Of a DNA stretch of 64,000 nucleotides, positions 27,078 to 38,734 are shown one piece after another (positions within the stretch are counted from its first letter, which is position 1; each line of letters starts with the position of its first letter). Position numbers and translations under genes: made by a program. Below the pieces are notes generated by a model, which was not told the DNA's origin, did no database searches, and saw nothing but the letters and a program-made list of their open reading frames with translations. Location of the stretch: the NCBI GenBank assembly GCA_052327205.1, contig CM126223.1:35030001-35094000 (forward strand), given 5' to 3'. The stretch comes from Somniosus microcephalus (Eukaryota).

Positions 27078-27790
27078 ATGTTCCTGTACCCTCTCCTCCC
27101 AGAATATTTCTGTACCCTCTCCTCCCAGAATATTTCTGTACCCTCTCCCAGAATGTTCCTGTACCCTCTCCTCCCAGAATGTTCCTGTACCCTCTCCTCC
27201 CAGAATGTTCCTGTACCCTCTCCTCCCAGAATGTTCCTGTACCCTCTCCTCCCAGAATGTTCCTGTACCCTCTCCTCCCAGAATGTTCCTGTACCCTCTC
27301 CCAGAATGTTCCTGTACCCTCTCCTCCCAGAATGTTCCTGTACCCTCTCCTCCCAGAATGTTCCCGTACCCTCTCCTCCCAGAATGTTCCTGTACCCTCT
27401 CCTCCCAGAATGTTCCTGTACCCTCTCCTCCCAGAATGTTCCTGTACCCTCTCCTCCCAGAATGTTCCTGTACCCTCTCCTCCCAGAATGTTCCCGTACC
27501 CTCTCCTCCCAGAATGTTCCCGTACCCTCTCCTCCCAGAATGTTCCCGTACCCTCTCCTCCCAGAATGTTCCCGTACCCTCTCCTCCCAGAATGTTCCCG
27601 TACCCTCTCCTCCCAGAATGTTCCCGTACCCTCTCCTCCCAGAATGTTCCCGTACCCTCTCCTCCCAGAATGTTCCCGTACCCTCTCCTCCCAGAATGTT
27701 CCCGTACCCTCTCCTCCCAGAATGTTCCCGTACCCTCTCCTCCCAGAATGTTCCTGTACCCTCTCCCAGAATGTTCCCGTACCCTCTCCT
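27078..27790. repeat. Minisatellite, 26-bp unit gaatgttcc(t/c)gtaccctctcctccca
   Basis: About 27 copies; cctgta variants dominate the 5' part and cccgta variants the 3' part. Confidence 0.96.
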
Positions 27791-27999
27791 CTCTTATGCT
27801 CCTATGTGTCAGTTCCGATACCTCCCGACCTGCCAGCTCCCATACCCTTCTGCCAACCGCCTCCTCTTCTGGAAGCTGCTATATACACTCTGAGCACCAA
27901 TATACGATCCAACCAAGCAGCTTCCTTACCACCTCAGCCGGCTCTGCACACACTGCCAACTGGTTGTGAGCAGCATTAGGGCAGACCTGCCCTTACTCC

Positions 28000-28178
28000 A
28001 ACAACAACAACAACTTGTATTTATATAGTGCCTTTAACGTAGTAAAAGTTCCCGAGGCGCTTCACAGGAACGTTATCAAAGTTTGACACCGAGCCACATG
28101 AGATATTAGGGTAGAAAGAGGTAGGTTTTAAGGATCGTCTTAAAGGAGGGTAGAGAGGCAGAGAGATTTAGGGAGGGG
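28000..28178 (-). mobile_element. L2 LINE 3' fragment
   Basis: (caa)n plus cttgtatttatatag terminus, as in the other L2 copies. Confidence 0.75.
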
Positions 28179-28342
28179 CAAAAAAAATGGCGTGTGGCAC
28201 ATTGGACATGAGCGAACAGTGTGGGGTTTAAGTTTGAAGTTGTGATCTTACTGTGTTAGTGATGAATTGTAAACATTCCAAGGAGTGCGATTCAGTACTG
28301 GAGTCACAACTGATAGGGTTGTTTTTATTTGCTTTATTCCAG

Positions 28343-28416
28343 CTGGGAGAACGACCACAAATGAGGAGCTGGAAGACATGCTGGAGAGTGGAAATCCCGC
28401 TATCTTCACATCTGGG
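28343..28416 (+). CDS. STX1A: Syntaxin-1A coding exon (equivalent to human exon 7, 74 nt): (T)[24 protein letters not shown]
   Basis: Acceptor ttattccag| and donor |gtgagt, phase 1 to 0. The linker peptide carries the syntaxin LE motif; GNPAIF.SG favours STX1A over STX1B or STX2. Confidence 0.95.
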
Positions 28417-28423
28417 GTGAGTG

Positions 28424-28782
28424 AATCATAGAATGGTTACAGCACGGAAGAAGGTCATTCGGCCCATCGAGCCCGTGCCGGCTCTCTGCAAGAGCACTTC
28501 AGCTAGTCCCATTCCCCCTGCCCTTTCCCCGTAGCCCGGCAAATATTTTTCCTTCAGGTACTTGAAAGTCGTGAGTCAGCCTTCACCATCCTTTCAGGCA
28601 TTGCATTCCAGATCCTAACCGCTCGCTGAGTAAAAAAAGTTTTTCCTCATGTCGCCTTTGGTTCTTTTGCCAATCACCTTAAATCAGTATCCTCTGGTTC
28701 TCGACCCTTCTGCCAATGGGAACAGTTTCTCTCTATCTACTCTGTCCAGACCCCTCATGATTTTGAATACCTCTATCAAATC
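28424..28782 (-). mobile_element. CR1 LINE 3' fragment
   Basis: aatcatagaatggttacagcac tail; the minus strand encodes RTRG..FK and FFTQRAVRIWNAMP. Confidence 0.85.
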
Positions 28783-28979
28783 AAAAAGTGCAATGTGTGG
28801 TTCTTTTTCTCCCTAACACTGTGATGCTAAATTCCTAAGCGGGATGAGATCCGTTACGCAAGACAATGATTACACTGGAATTAGTCACTAAGCATCAACG
28901 AAGGCATTAAATTTTAAGCTACAGCAAAAAAAATAAGCAACATGTTGGGTTAAAAAAAGGAAGAATGGCATTTAAACAT

Positions 28980-29395
28980 CGGTATGGTTCAGTTGGTAGT
29001 ACTCTTGCCTACTAGCCAGAAGATTGTAGGTTGAAACCCCACTATGGACTTAAGCTGATAATCTAGGCTGATACTTCAGTGCAATACATTGTCGGAGTCG
29101 CTATCTTTCAGATGAGATGTGAAACCAAGGCCTTCTCTGCCTGTTCACGCAGAAGTTAAAGATCCCATGGCACTGTTTGAAAAAGAGTTCTCCTGGTGTC
29201 CTAGCCAACATTCCTCACTCAACCAAAAGCAGATTATCTTTGCTGTTTGTGATATTTTCATGTGTGGAAATTAGCTGTCATGTTTACTTACACAACAACA
29301 GTGACAGCACTTTAAACCGTATGCATTGGTTGCAAAACATACTGGGACATCATGAGGATGTCCCAAAAGGTGCTACATACATGTAAGTTTTTCTT
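28980..29395 (+). mobile_element. tRNA-derived Deu-domain SINE
   Basis: A/B-box-like head (tggttcagttgg, ggttgaaaccc), core tttcagatgagatgtgaaaccaaggcc...gatcccatggcact, L2-like tail. Confidence 0.7.
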
Positions 29396-29589
29396 TTCAT
29401 CCTATCATATCTGAGGAAAGTCTCAAAACCCTTCACATCCAACTTTAACGTGCAGTAGCTGCTGTTATCAAGTGCAGTGACTGCAGCACTTTGTGCAGAG
29501 CAAGATCCCACTAAACGCAATGAAATGAATGGTCGTTTATTCGGTTTTTGGAGATGATTGAGGGAGGCATTTTGGCCAGGTTGCTAGGA

Positions 29590-29965
29590 TAAAGGATACA
29601 ACTTGTATTTATATATCCTCAGGGTGTCCCAAAGTACTAATAAATCACTTTAGAAGTGTAGCTAATAAATCACTTTAGAAGTGTAGTCATCATTGATTTA
29701 TAGGCAAACACAGCAGCCAATTTGCGCACAGCAAGGTCCCACAAATAGCAATGAGGCAAATAACCAATTAATCTATTTTTTGGTGGTGTTGGGTGAAAGC
29801 TAAATGTTGGTCAGGACATAGGGAGAACTCCCCTGCTCTTCAAATACCATCATGGGATCTTTGACTCCCACTGAACAGGCAGACGAGGCTTTGGTTTAGC
29901 GTCTCATCTGAAAGACAGCACTTCCAGCAATGCAGTACATCCTCTGTACAACACTGAAGCATCAA
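29590..29965 (-). mobile_element. Deu-domain SINE
   Basis: Reverse complement of the same core; contains a ~26-bp tandem duplication near 29637-29688. Confidence 0.65.
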
Positions 29966-31269
29966 CCTTTTGACTTTAATTTACTTAATTTTAGTTGTTT
30001 AAACTTGTTTATTTGGTCCCTTACCTGTGGACTGTTTGAGCTAGTATTAGGTTCGTTAATTTGTTGCATAGGTCGGATGGATAGTGAGATTCTGGTCATT
30101 TCTTCCTGTGGCCGTTGGTCTATTGTGTACATTAAGTAAGTTAAAAATTTGAGTTTACTAGTCTTGAGCAGCAAGAGACCAGTGGAGTGCAATAGGCTAG
30201 GGGAGTGTTGAGTTCAGCCATAGAGAGATGCAGTTGGGGGCAGCTGAAGCCTTTGATATGTGATACCTGCACAATGTGAGAGGTCCTGGATGTTTTGTGT
30301 GTCTGGGATGACTATGCACGTGGGAAGTATCTCTGACTGTGAGCATTTTAGCTCAAGGTTTCTGAGCTCGAGGAGCGGCTGGGGCCAGCTCGTCGGGTTT
30401 GGGAGGCTGAAAGGTTCCTGGAATGCACATTCCAGGAGTTGGTCACCCTGCAGGCAGGGTGAGTTGCTGATGAAGGGAAGTGGGTGCGAAACGAAGACTG
30501 GAGACAGTGGAGGGATCCACTAAGAGTGGTGAATTGACAAATGGGTATTCAGTATTGAACACCTATGCTGCATTTATTGCCCATCCCTAGCTGCTGTGAG
30601 AAGGTGTGGACCATGGAACACCAGCGTCCTGTGGACTGTGGAGCACCAGGACACGGATTCACAGGCTGATCACTGTAAGGTGGCTTTGAGTGAAGGCCCA
30701 TACTTCCACAAGGTTGTAAAGAAAACCAGAAGTGCCTGTAATGACACATCTTCGAGCGGCTTTGACAAAGGGCCCGGAGCAGGGGACTTGTCTGTTGTCT
30801 CGCCAGTTGATGGAATGTGATGTGGGGTGTCTCCCTCGACATCAGAAAGGCTGTTGAGAATTGGTAGTGCCAATGTAGAGACGGTCTTCACATGAAGAAG
30901 AGGTTTAGTGATATCTAAGGAAGCCATGTGTGAAGGTAATGCAGGAACACTTAGGAACTGTTATTTTATGGAGAATTTGAGTCACCGAGCTCCACGAATG
31001 TAGACTTGGCCAAAGCATTCAAAAAGGAAACGGATTATCCCTGATGCCAAAGGATTTGAAAATAACAAGCCTGGCACCAGGGCAGAGGGAGAGGAAGGTG
31101 CTTTGTGCAAGTGCTGATAGAGTGGCCAAAACCTGTTTTCTTAAATGTAACTTTTTTGTTCAGCACATGCCCAGATATACCAGGCTTTGTATCTAAACTG
31201 GTCAGGCCCAGAAATGTTACGCCTTGACCGGGTGATCAGCTGATCCTGCGCCTGCTTTTTCCCCCATAG

Positions 31270-31407
31270 ATCATAATGGACTCGAACATTACGAAGCAGG
31301 CACTGAATGAGATTGAGACACGACACCATGAGATCATCAAGCTGGAGAACTGTATCCGTGAGCTGCACGATATGTTCATGGACATGGCAATGCTGGTGGA
31401 AAGCCAG
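31270..31407 (+). CDS. STX1A: Syntaxin-1A exon (equivalent to human exon 8, 138 nt): [46 protein letters not shown]
   Basis: Acceptor ttttcccccatag| and donor |gtaaga, phase 0/0. Encodes the N-terminal half of the Qa-SNARE motif, ending on the zero-layer Gln. Confidence 0.97.
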
Positions 31408-34400
31408 GTAAGAGAAGGAATGAACAGAGTGAATCTGTACCACAAACACTAGCTGTGAACTAAATAGAGAACAGGCCCAACTTGGTCAGTAATAGCGGAT
31501 TGAATTAAAAACCTTTATGTTTCCATGATGATGTTGATTTTAGCGGCCACAAAATCCTGATCAGACGATTCCCGTTAGGGGTGTGTGTGAACAAAATCTC
31601 ACTTCACTTTACACTGTGCTTGTGAAGGAATTGCTCAATGACGAGTATTCTACATGTCGATGTTAAAGGGTAATCTTAAAGTCAGGGTGTGCTAATGTGT
31701 AACCCACTGACTGTGTCCATCCCAAACTGACCTTAGTATGAAGCTTCATGTTCTTAGTTTTTAGACTTCTTCCCCGAATCTTCCTTCCAGCTTTCAATGC
31801 TTATCACTTTTCCCCTCCCAAGCCAGCGGTGCCGAGTCCACTCGCACTGCTTTTACCGACACCCAGCGGAGATTAACTAACTTAACACAGACTGGGGACG
31901 GAACTTTAGACCTTCTTGACCTGTATGACTCAGTGACACACCAGGAGGGCCATTAACCTCACTGCTCCATGTGAGACACTGGCCTCTTAGTGCCAGGTTT
32001 CAGGTGGGTCCTACCCAGGAAACCACAGTTCCACAAACCCGAGCAGAGAAGTGAATTGGTAACGCTGTCATGCCCCCTAAACCTGCTTCCTCCACAAGTG
32101 GTGCTGTAACCTCCCTGCCCATTAAAATAAGCACAGCTGAAAGACATTCAATGTCCTCCTACTAAATATGAGCGATGCCACTGGAGATTCACTACTTATT
32201 AATGATAACTTAGGCCTGAGCACAGTGACATCTTCCCCCTCTCCGCCTCTGGGAGGCTTTGTGCTTCTATTTGTGAAAATCCCCAAATATGTTGACATTC
32301 ATTGAGAGGGACCTGGGAGCAAGCTATTCACTTTGGGATGGGGGAATATCTGTCCCATTCAGCACCCGCTTTCAATTGATAAGGAGTAAGACTGGTAGAG
32401 TCAGCAGATTTCAAGACTGTCCAGAGCTCCTGGTGGGGAGCGGATTGCATGATGCTCCGACACAGTAACATTAGACCCTGTTCCTGATGGTGATAAATCT
32501 ACATTTTCAGCTCCCAGCATGGGACACATCACCAGCAGGTGTATAGGAACAGGGGCAGGCCATTCAGCCGCTTGAGCCTGTTCCGCAAAATGGCACCTCC
32601 GACAGTTCCCCGCTCCCTCGGTACTGCACTGGAGTGTCGGCGTATATATGCATTCAAGTCTCTGGAGTGGGGCTTGAACCTATGACCTGACTCGGAGCCA
32701 AGTGTGCCATCACTGAACCAAGGGCAGGCTAGCTGCTTCACATACAGTCTTCCTCTCTTCCTCCTCCCCTGCCACTCTCGCATATGCCACCATCCCCCAT
32801 GTCCCAGTTACTCTTACTGATCACCCCATCTGACCGCGCACAAAGATCTCCCATTCCAAGCACTCCCCCTCTCCCCCCCCCCACCCCTCAACACACTGGG
32901 CAAGAGCTGAAAGCAGGGTTTCTTCTGTTTGGGCTGAAGAGACTGTGGATTATGGAAAACTAAAACAAACTGGATTAAAGAGCGAGTAATAGAATCATAA
33001 CAGAGCTCACTGTAGCACTGATTCACAGTGTCACTGGGAGGCTCTGCCTGTGAGCCTGTTCTTCCTACGCTGGTAACAGCCTATGTTTTCTCCTGCTGCT
33101 AATACCCTGGACTGGATGGTGGAGTCCTGCAGGTAATGGCATCTCTGTGTTTGTAGCATGCAGTGACTGTGAAGTTTGCACGATGGCATGTACTACAAAC
33201 TACTTGCATGATCTCGGGTACTTTTAATGTAGAAACTTATCACCAACCCTTCCAAGAGAGCAGACTTGTTGCACTGCAGGATTGTTCACTTGGTTTCAGC
33301 CACCCCGCCCCCTCCCCCGGCCTGGTAAATACCGGCAGCAGAGCTGCTGGGTAAAGCTGCAGCCCTGTTTGAGCCAACCACACCCCCATGGTGGGTGCCA
33401 GCACAGTGCCAGGCCCAGGCTCCGCCGGCAATCTCAATGCAGCTACTTATTCTCAAGCTGCGAATGGGTAAGATCCCTCTAGTTGCTGCATGAGTAATAA
33501 ATAACCAACACTAGAAAGGGCAGATTTTCCTGCTAATTTCCACCACTCCACCCCCCCACTGCTCCGCGCGCCAACACTGGGCAGACGCAGCACACGCGAA
33601 GCGCTGAGATTTCCTGACCCGCGGCAATGCCTAGTGCTGAGGGAAGGGGCAGATCACTCGGGCCTGTAGCTGCGTGTTGGGAACATCTGGCTGCAGACAG
33701 AGGCCAGTAACCAGAAGGTCCCAGTTAGACATAAAAATCCTGGGGTGACGTGGGTTCAAATCTGTTACCTCCCATCTTTGGTCCTTCAGTCAGTGAGGGT
33801 TTGGGACAGCTGGGAGAAAAATAAAAAGCGGGATACCAGGAACACTTCCCTCCCACCTCACGGGATAGTCAAGCCGGCACCAACTGGTGACCCAGCAAAA
33901 CAGGCCTTTGCTCCTTTTCCCTGAACTTTGCATCTGGGGAAATGGACTTTCCTTTGGGGACGAGCCAGAAAAAATCTACAGATACATATGGTGTCGTGTC
34001 CCGAGGAATTTTCATCCCAGTTTAAAAGTTCTGAACAGCAGTGCTAGAGTCTGGAAACATTCTTATTAAATAAATGAAATCATTAGCTGTTAAGATTCAA
34101 AACTAAATCCATACTTTTAGTGATCCAGCAACTCTCCACATGGAAGTGATCTGATGAGTGAGTTACGGAGAGAGTGAATGACTCACTGTGCCGTGGCGGG
34201 ATGCTGCTTTTGCGCTGTGTTTCACCCCACATTGAGTTCTTGTTCAGCTCAGCCATTAGTGGGACACACTAGGCAGAAGGATGAGCTCCGTACAACCGGG
34301 CAGGCGTTACTGCGGGACTGTAATGTGGAGCCCCCTGGAGGCTTCACCTGGGCCCCCAGCCAGGGAGTGCTGTAAGGTGTGGGAGGGTGAGCAGGTTGAA

Positions 34401-34477
34401 GGGGTGATGCTCACGTTGTGCGTGCTCGGCATGTCTGGGGCTCTTCATGGATGTGAACCCTTTTCCTTCTGTTTCAG

Positions 34478-34588
34478 GGTGATGTGGTCAATAGTATCGA
34501 GCGGAATGTCGTCAATGCAGCAGATTATGTCGGGCAAGCGAAGGAAAACACCAAAAAAGCAGCTAATTTTCAGGGTACCAGCAGACGG
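34478..34588 (+). CDS. STX1A: Alternative exon 9a (111 nt), syntaxin-2-like SNARE C-half: GDVVNSIERNVVNAADYVGQAKENTKKAANFQGTSRR
   Basis: Strong acceptor ttttccttctgtttcag| and consensus donor |gtaagt. Same length and phase as 9b, 16/37 residues identical to it, SNARE layer residues kept. Confidence 0.88.
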
Positions 34589-34612
34589 GTAAGTGGCCGG
34601 AGAGAACGGCAC

Positions 34613-34618
34613 CCTAAT
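34613..34618 (+). promoter_or_regulatory. Putative branch point (cctaAt, A34617) for exon 9b
   Basis: Best yTnAy match in the 77-nt intron, followed by a pyrimidine-rich tract up to AG 34664-34665. Confidence 0.55.
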
Positions 34619-34665
34619 CAGATCTGTTATTTTCATGTGTCTTTGCTCTTTTCCTCACTGCCCAG

Positions 34666-34776
34666 GGAGAGATGATAGACAGGATCGAATACAACGTTGA
34701 GCACTCAGTTGACTACGTAGAGAGGGCAGTGTCCGACACGAAAAAGGCGGTTAAGTACCAGAGTAAAGCGCGACGG
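34666..34776 (+). CDS. STX1A: Canonical exon 9b (111 nt): [37 protein letters not shown]
   Basis: Acceptor cactgcccag| and donor |gtgagt; essentially the vertebrate syntaxin-1 sequence. Confidence 0.97.
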
Positions 34777-34908
34777 GTGAGTAGTGCGAGTGTCTCCACC
34801 CCAGCATGTGGCGTGGGCGACCCCATTTGTGAATTGTGCTTCCCCAATTCCATCACAAGCGAACACGGGAAAAAATGTTTCTCGAACCTTGCGTTCACGA
34901 TTGTCCCG

Positions 34909-35570
34909 CGGACTGTATTAGTCACTAGTCATCAGGCAGACTGTATTGGTCACTAGTCATCCCATGGACTGTATTAGTCACTAGTCATCCCACGGACTGC
35001 ATTAATCACTAGCCATCCCATGGACTGTATTAGTCACTCGTCATCAGGCGGACTGTATTAGTCACTAGTCATCCCGCGGACTATTAGTCACTCGTCATCC
35101 CGCGGACTGTATTAGTCACTCGTCATCCCGCGGACTGTATTAGTCGCTCGTCATCCCGCGGACTGTATTAGTCGCTAGTCATGCCGTGGACTGTATTAGT
35201 CACTCGTCATCCCGCGGACTGTATTAGTTGCTCGTCATCCCGCGGACTGTATTAGTCGCTCGTCATCCCGCAGACTGTATTAGTCGCTAGTCATGCCGCG
35301 GACTGTATTAGTCACTCGTCATCCCGCGGACTGTATTAGTCACTCGTCATCCCACGGACTGTATTAGTCGCTAGTCATGCCGCGGACTGTATTAGTCACT
35401 AGTCTTCAGGCGGACTATTAGTCACTAGTCATCCCGCGGACTGTATTGGCCACCAGTCATCCCGCGGACTGTATTGGCCACTAGTCATCCCGCGGACTGT
35501 ATTGGCCACTAGTCATCCCGCGGACTGTATTGGCCACTAGTCATCCTGCGGACTGTATTGGCCACTAGTC
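34909..35570. repeat. CpG-rich minisatellite, 28-bp unit ggactgtattagtcactcgtcatcccgc
   Basis: About 23 tandem copies with variant blocks. Confidence 0.95.
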
Positions 35571-36407
35571 GGTGTTGCTCTCTGCACTTTTTGTCCCAAT
35601 GAAGTGCGCTGTCCAACCCTCGACTAACGGGGCATATATTCTGCATACATTGTCACTGGCTTTAGGATGGCAAGTCTCGGACAGAAATTCACCTGTTACC
35701 TACATCTGAGGAAATTCCTGCAGTTTACAAATACTGACACAGCCTAACACTCTTACACAGTCTTATACACTTATATACACGTAACAGACACTTAACAAAT
35801 CAGAAGCAAGGTAATTATAGATGCACAAGCAAAAAAAAATGTAATATATACAGGAGCATTAGACCCATTAGCACGCAGTGTGCTGTTATATAGTATACAT
35901 GTGGAGTGTTATATAGTATACATGTGGAGTGTTAGACCCAGTGACACGCAGTGGACTGTTATAGATTATACACCCGGAAGTATTAGACCGAGTGTCTCAC
36001 ATTTTGCCAGTTTAAGCTGAAGCATTCAGTACAGTTGAATCTTTTCTAATAAAATCTGCCTGTTGCAAACTATCTCAAATCAATCTATACCAAGCCAACC
36101 TATCTAGATGCAATCAAGCCAAAGATTACAATTGGCAAAGTCTACCTCAGGACTGTCCTGACATGATAGGTCTTTGTACAGTGCACCTAATGCCACCTAT
36201 TTATCACCGTTTCATCTATTCCAATACAATCTACCCCAATATATTTATCATAGTTTAATCCATTCCAATACAGCCCCAACCTACCCCAATACATTTATTG
36301 CAGTTAATTTAATCCAATGCAAAGCATCCCAGGATATATGTACTTTTTAAAATCAAAATAAACTCCAATGACATGGATGGGAACCAGACCTATTGTCACT
36401 GTGAGAT

Positions 36408-37163
36408 AGGCCCTGAATTTCCGATCGGAGGCTTCCTGCGGGCGGATGCCTCCGATCGGAAAAAATCTACGCACTTACCTGCTGGCTCCGTAGGTCCCGA
36501 GACTTGCGATCCTGGGCCTTTGCTCTACCAAATGCGCAGAGGCCCAGGTATCCCAGGGGTGCAGGTGGTTTGCAAGCGCGTCTGGGATCACGTGGGTCTT
36601 GGGGAACCAATCGAAGAAGGGAATCCCCCTTCACACTTTTGACAGGTCTCTCAGCTTAGACCCGTCAAAAGTATGAATGGGGATCACATTTAAAAATGCA
36701 GTTAAACATTAAATACATTTTTTTTAAATCACATTTAAAATTAATTAAAATTACATTAAATTAAATATTTTAAACAAAAATTAAATTTTTTGAAAAAAAG
36801 AATTCGTTTTTGACGGGGCTAAAAAATAAACTTTTTTTTTTAAGTATTTTTAAATTATAAATGAGTGAAAACATATTCTTTTTATACTTTTTTAAAATCT
36901 TATGCTGGTAAAAGCAGGCCATACGCCAGCTTTTACCAGGCGTAAGATTTTTTAAAGGTTTTCAGCGGGTAGAGGTTGTGCAGAAAGCGGAAGTCTCTGC
37001 CCGCGGAGGCCCTTTTCCTGGGCAGGCAAACGATCTATCAAGAGAATTCTTGACAGATCGCAAGTGCCGGGTTTTAGCGCATGTGCTTCGCATGCCTAAA
37101 CCCGGCACTTGCAAGGCCCCTACACACCTTGTACGCACCCGCGGGGGTCAGAAAATCCGGCCC
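36408..37163. mobile_element. Non-autonomous DNA transposon (Harbinger-like MITE)
   Basis: Imperfect inverted ends aggccctgaatttcc / gaaaatccggccc, GC-rich arms, AT-rich centre and internal hairpins (~36894-36951, ~37060-37112). Confidence 0.6.
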
Positions 37164-37363
37164 ATTATGTTTAAGCACTGCCATGTAGCCTGTACGTACA
37201 CCACTGTGCCAGACTTGTCAGCTGGGAGATGTGGCAGGGACCCAAAGAAGTTATTTATGAATTTATAATATTCAAATACAATTCATATGCCCTGATCTGT
37301 GCTAGATTTAAAGCCAGATTCTGTTGTACTGCCCAAATGTTAGAACGTAAATTGTGAATCACT

Positions 37364-38069
37364 GGGTAGAGTTTTCGTTTTGGTTGCAATCGAGAAATTG
37401 CACCCAAAATGTGCTTGAAATTGCGCTCGTTTGGTCACAGTTCAAGTTTCTGCTAAAATTAATTTGCATAATCGCAAACGTAAAATCTTCTGTGAACCAG
37501 TGCAATCGAGCAGCATAATAGAATCGGTTTTTTTCTTTCCATCAAGAAGTATTCCTTGATGTATTTAAGACTGATAAACTGGTGCAGTTTTATTAATACA
37601 GCTGAAAATGAGTATATTACTAAAAATAAGCATTTTTATTAAGTGTCCAGTCCTCCACCTGTGAGTAACCTGATTTAAAATCACTGAAAATGACTTTAAA
37701 AGACTATATTGAACCATTTAATAGTTTCATTGGTGTACATTAGTCAGTTATTTGGTAAATTATATATTTTCTGATATGAAAAACCTTTTAAAACATTTGC
37801 CTGTGCACCTGAGAGAATGAGAACAATTTGAAGAGCCTTCCTTAACCAGCGCGATCTCGCAATTCCAACCTGGGGACGTAGTCAGTTTTGTGGGTGGAGC
37901 CTGATTCAGGTGAATCGAATCTTGAACCAATGTAAAAGATTGCGAAAAACACAAACGTAAATTGTTTTGGGCGTAACTCACATACGTTTAAAGTTCTTTT
38001 GCGCTGGTTTGGCTGATTCCACCCGGATTGTGCTGATATTACTGGCTTAAACGAGCAGAAACTCCACCC
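37364..38069. mobile_element. Non-autonomous DNA transposon (Harbinger-like MITE)
   Basis: Inverted ends gggtagagttttc / gaaactccaccc; CpG-retaining arms around an AT-rich core. Confidence 0.55.
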
Positions 38070-38734
38070 TCTAACCTTTGCTAGCGACCCAGAATTGGTA
38101 CATGAGACCATGGTAGGACCCCAAGACCCAGTGTTCACAGTTACCATCACAGCCTTGCTCGTGAAGATGTGACACAAAATATTAGATCTTAAAACTGGAA
38201 GCTCTTGGGCTGAACTCATGTTGTGGAATAACATGTTTTATGAAATTCCTTTAGACAAAGTTTAATGAAGATGTTAACCATAATTGGTTAAAACGTTTGT
38301 TAAAATAGCAAACAGAGGATTTTCAAAGCGATGTGTTAATGTTCCAAATATCAGATAGCACAGTTTCAAATGATTTGTGTTTATTTGGAAAACATCATAA
38401 ATGGGAGAGCAACAGTGGAAAAAGTATTTGAGGAAGTGTTTGTGAAGCTTAAATTGAAATTTGTTCCAGTAGAAGCTGATATTCAGTAGGCATGTAAAGA
38501 AAAGTAGTAAGGCTAAGAATAAAGCTTTTAAAACATGTAAAGAACCTAGTAGACGGGAGGTTGTGGTAAAATATAATTGCCAACAAGAGCAGGTAAAAAT
38601 AATTGGAGAAGTGAAGAGGAACATTGAATGAATGCTGAGCACACTGGAAGTAACAATAAAGGGTTTTACAAATATCTACTCATTAAACAATGGATGCAAG
38701 GGTATTGGTCCACCTAAAATGATGGTGGAAACCT

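Noticed and set aside
26893-27979. Three overlapping 271-358 aa Pro-rich ORFs
   Set aside because: A stop-free 26-bp repeat is open in all three frames and yields the same cyclic peptide.
31141-31449. Minus-strand ORFs over syntaxin exon 8 (and 34445-34925 over exons 9a/9b)
   Set aside because: Antisense shadows of real coding exons.
34484-34956. ORFs 34484-34675 and 34672-34956 as standalone small genes
   Set aside because: Syntaxin similarity stops exactly at GT donor sites; these are exons read through into introns.
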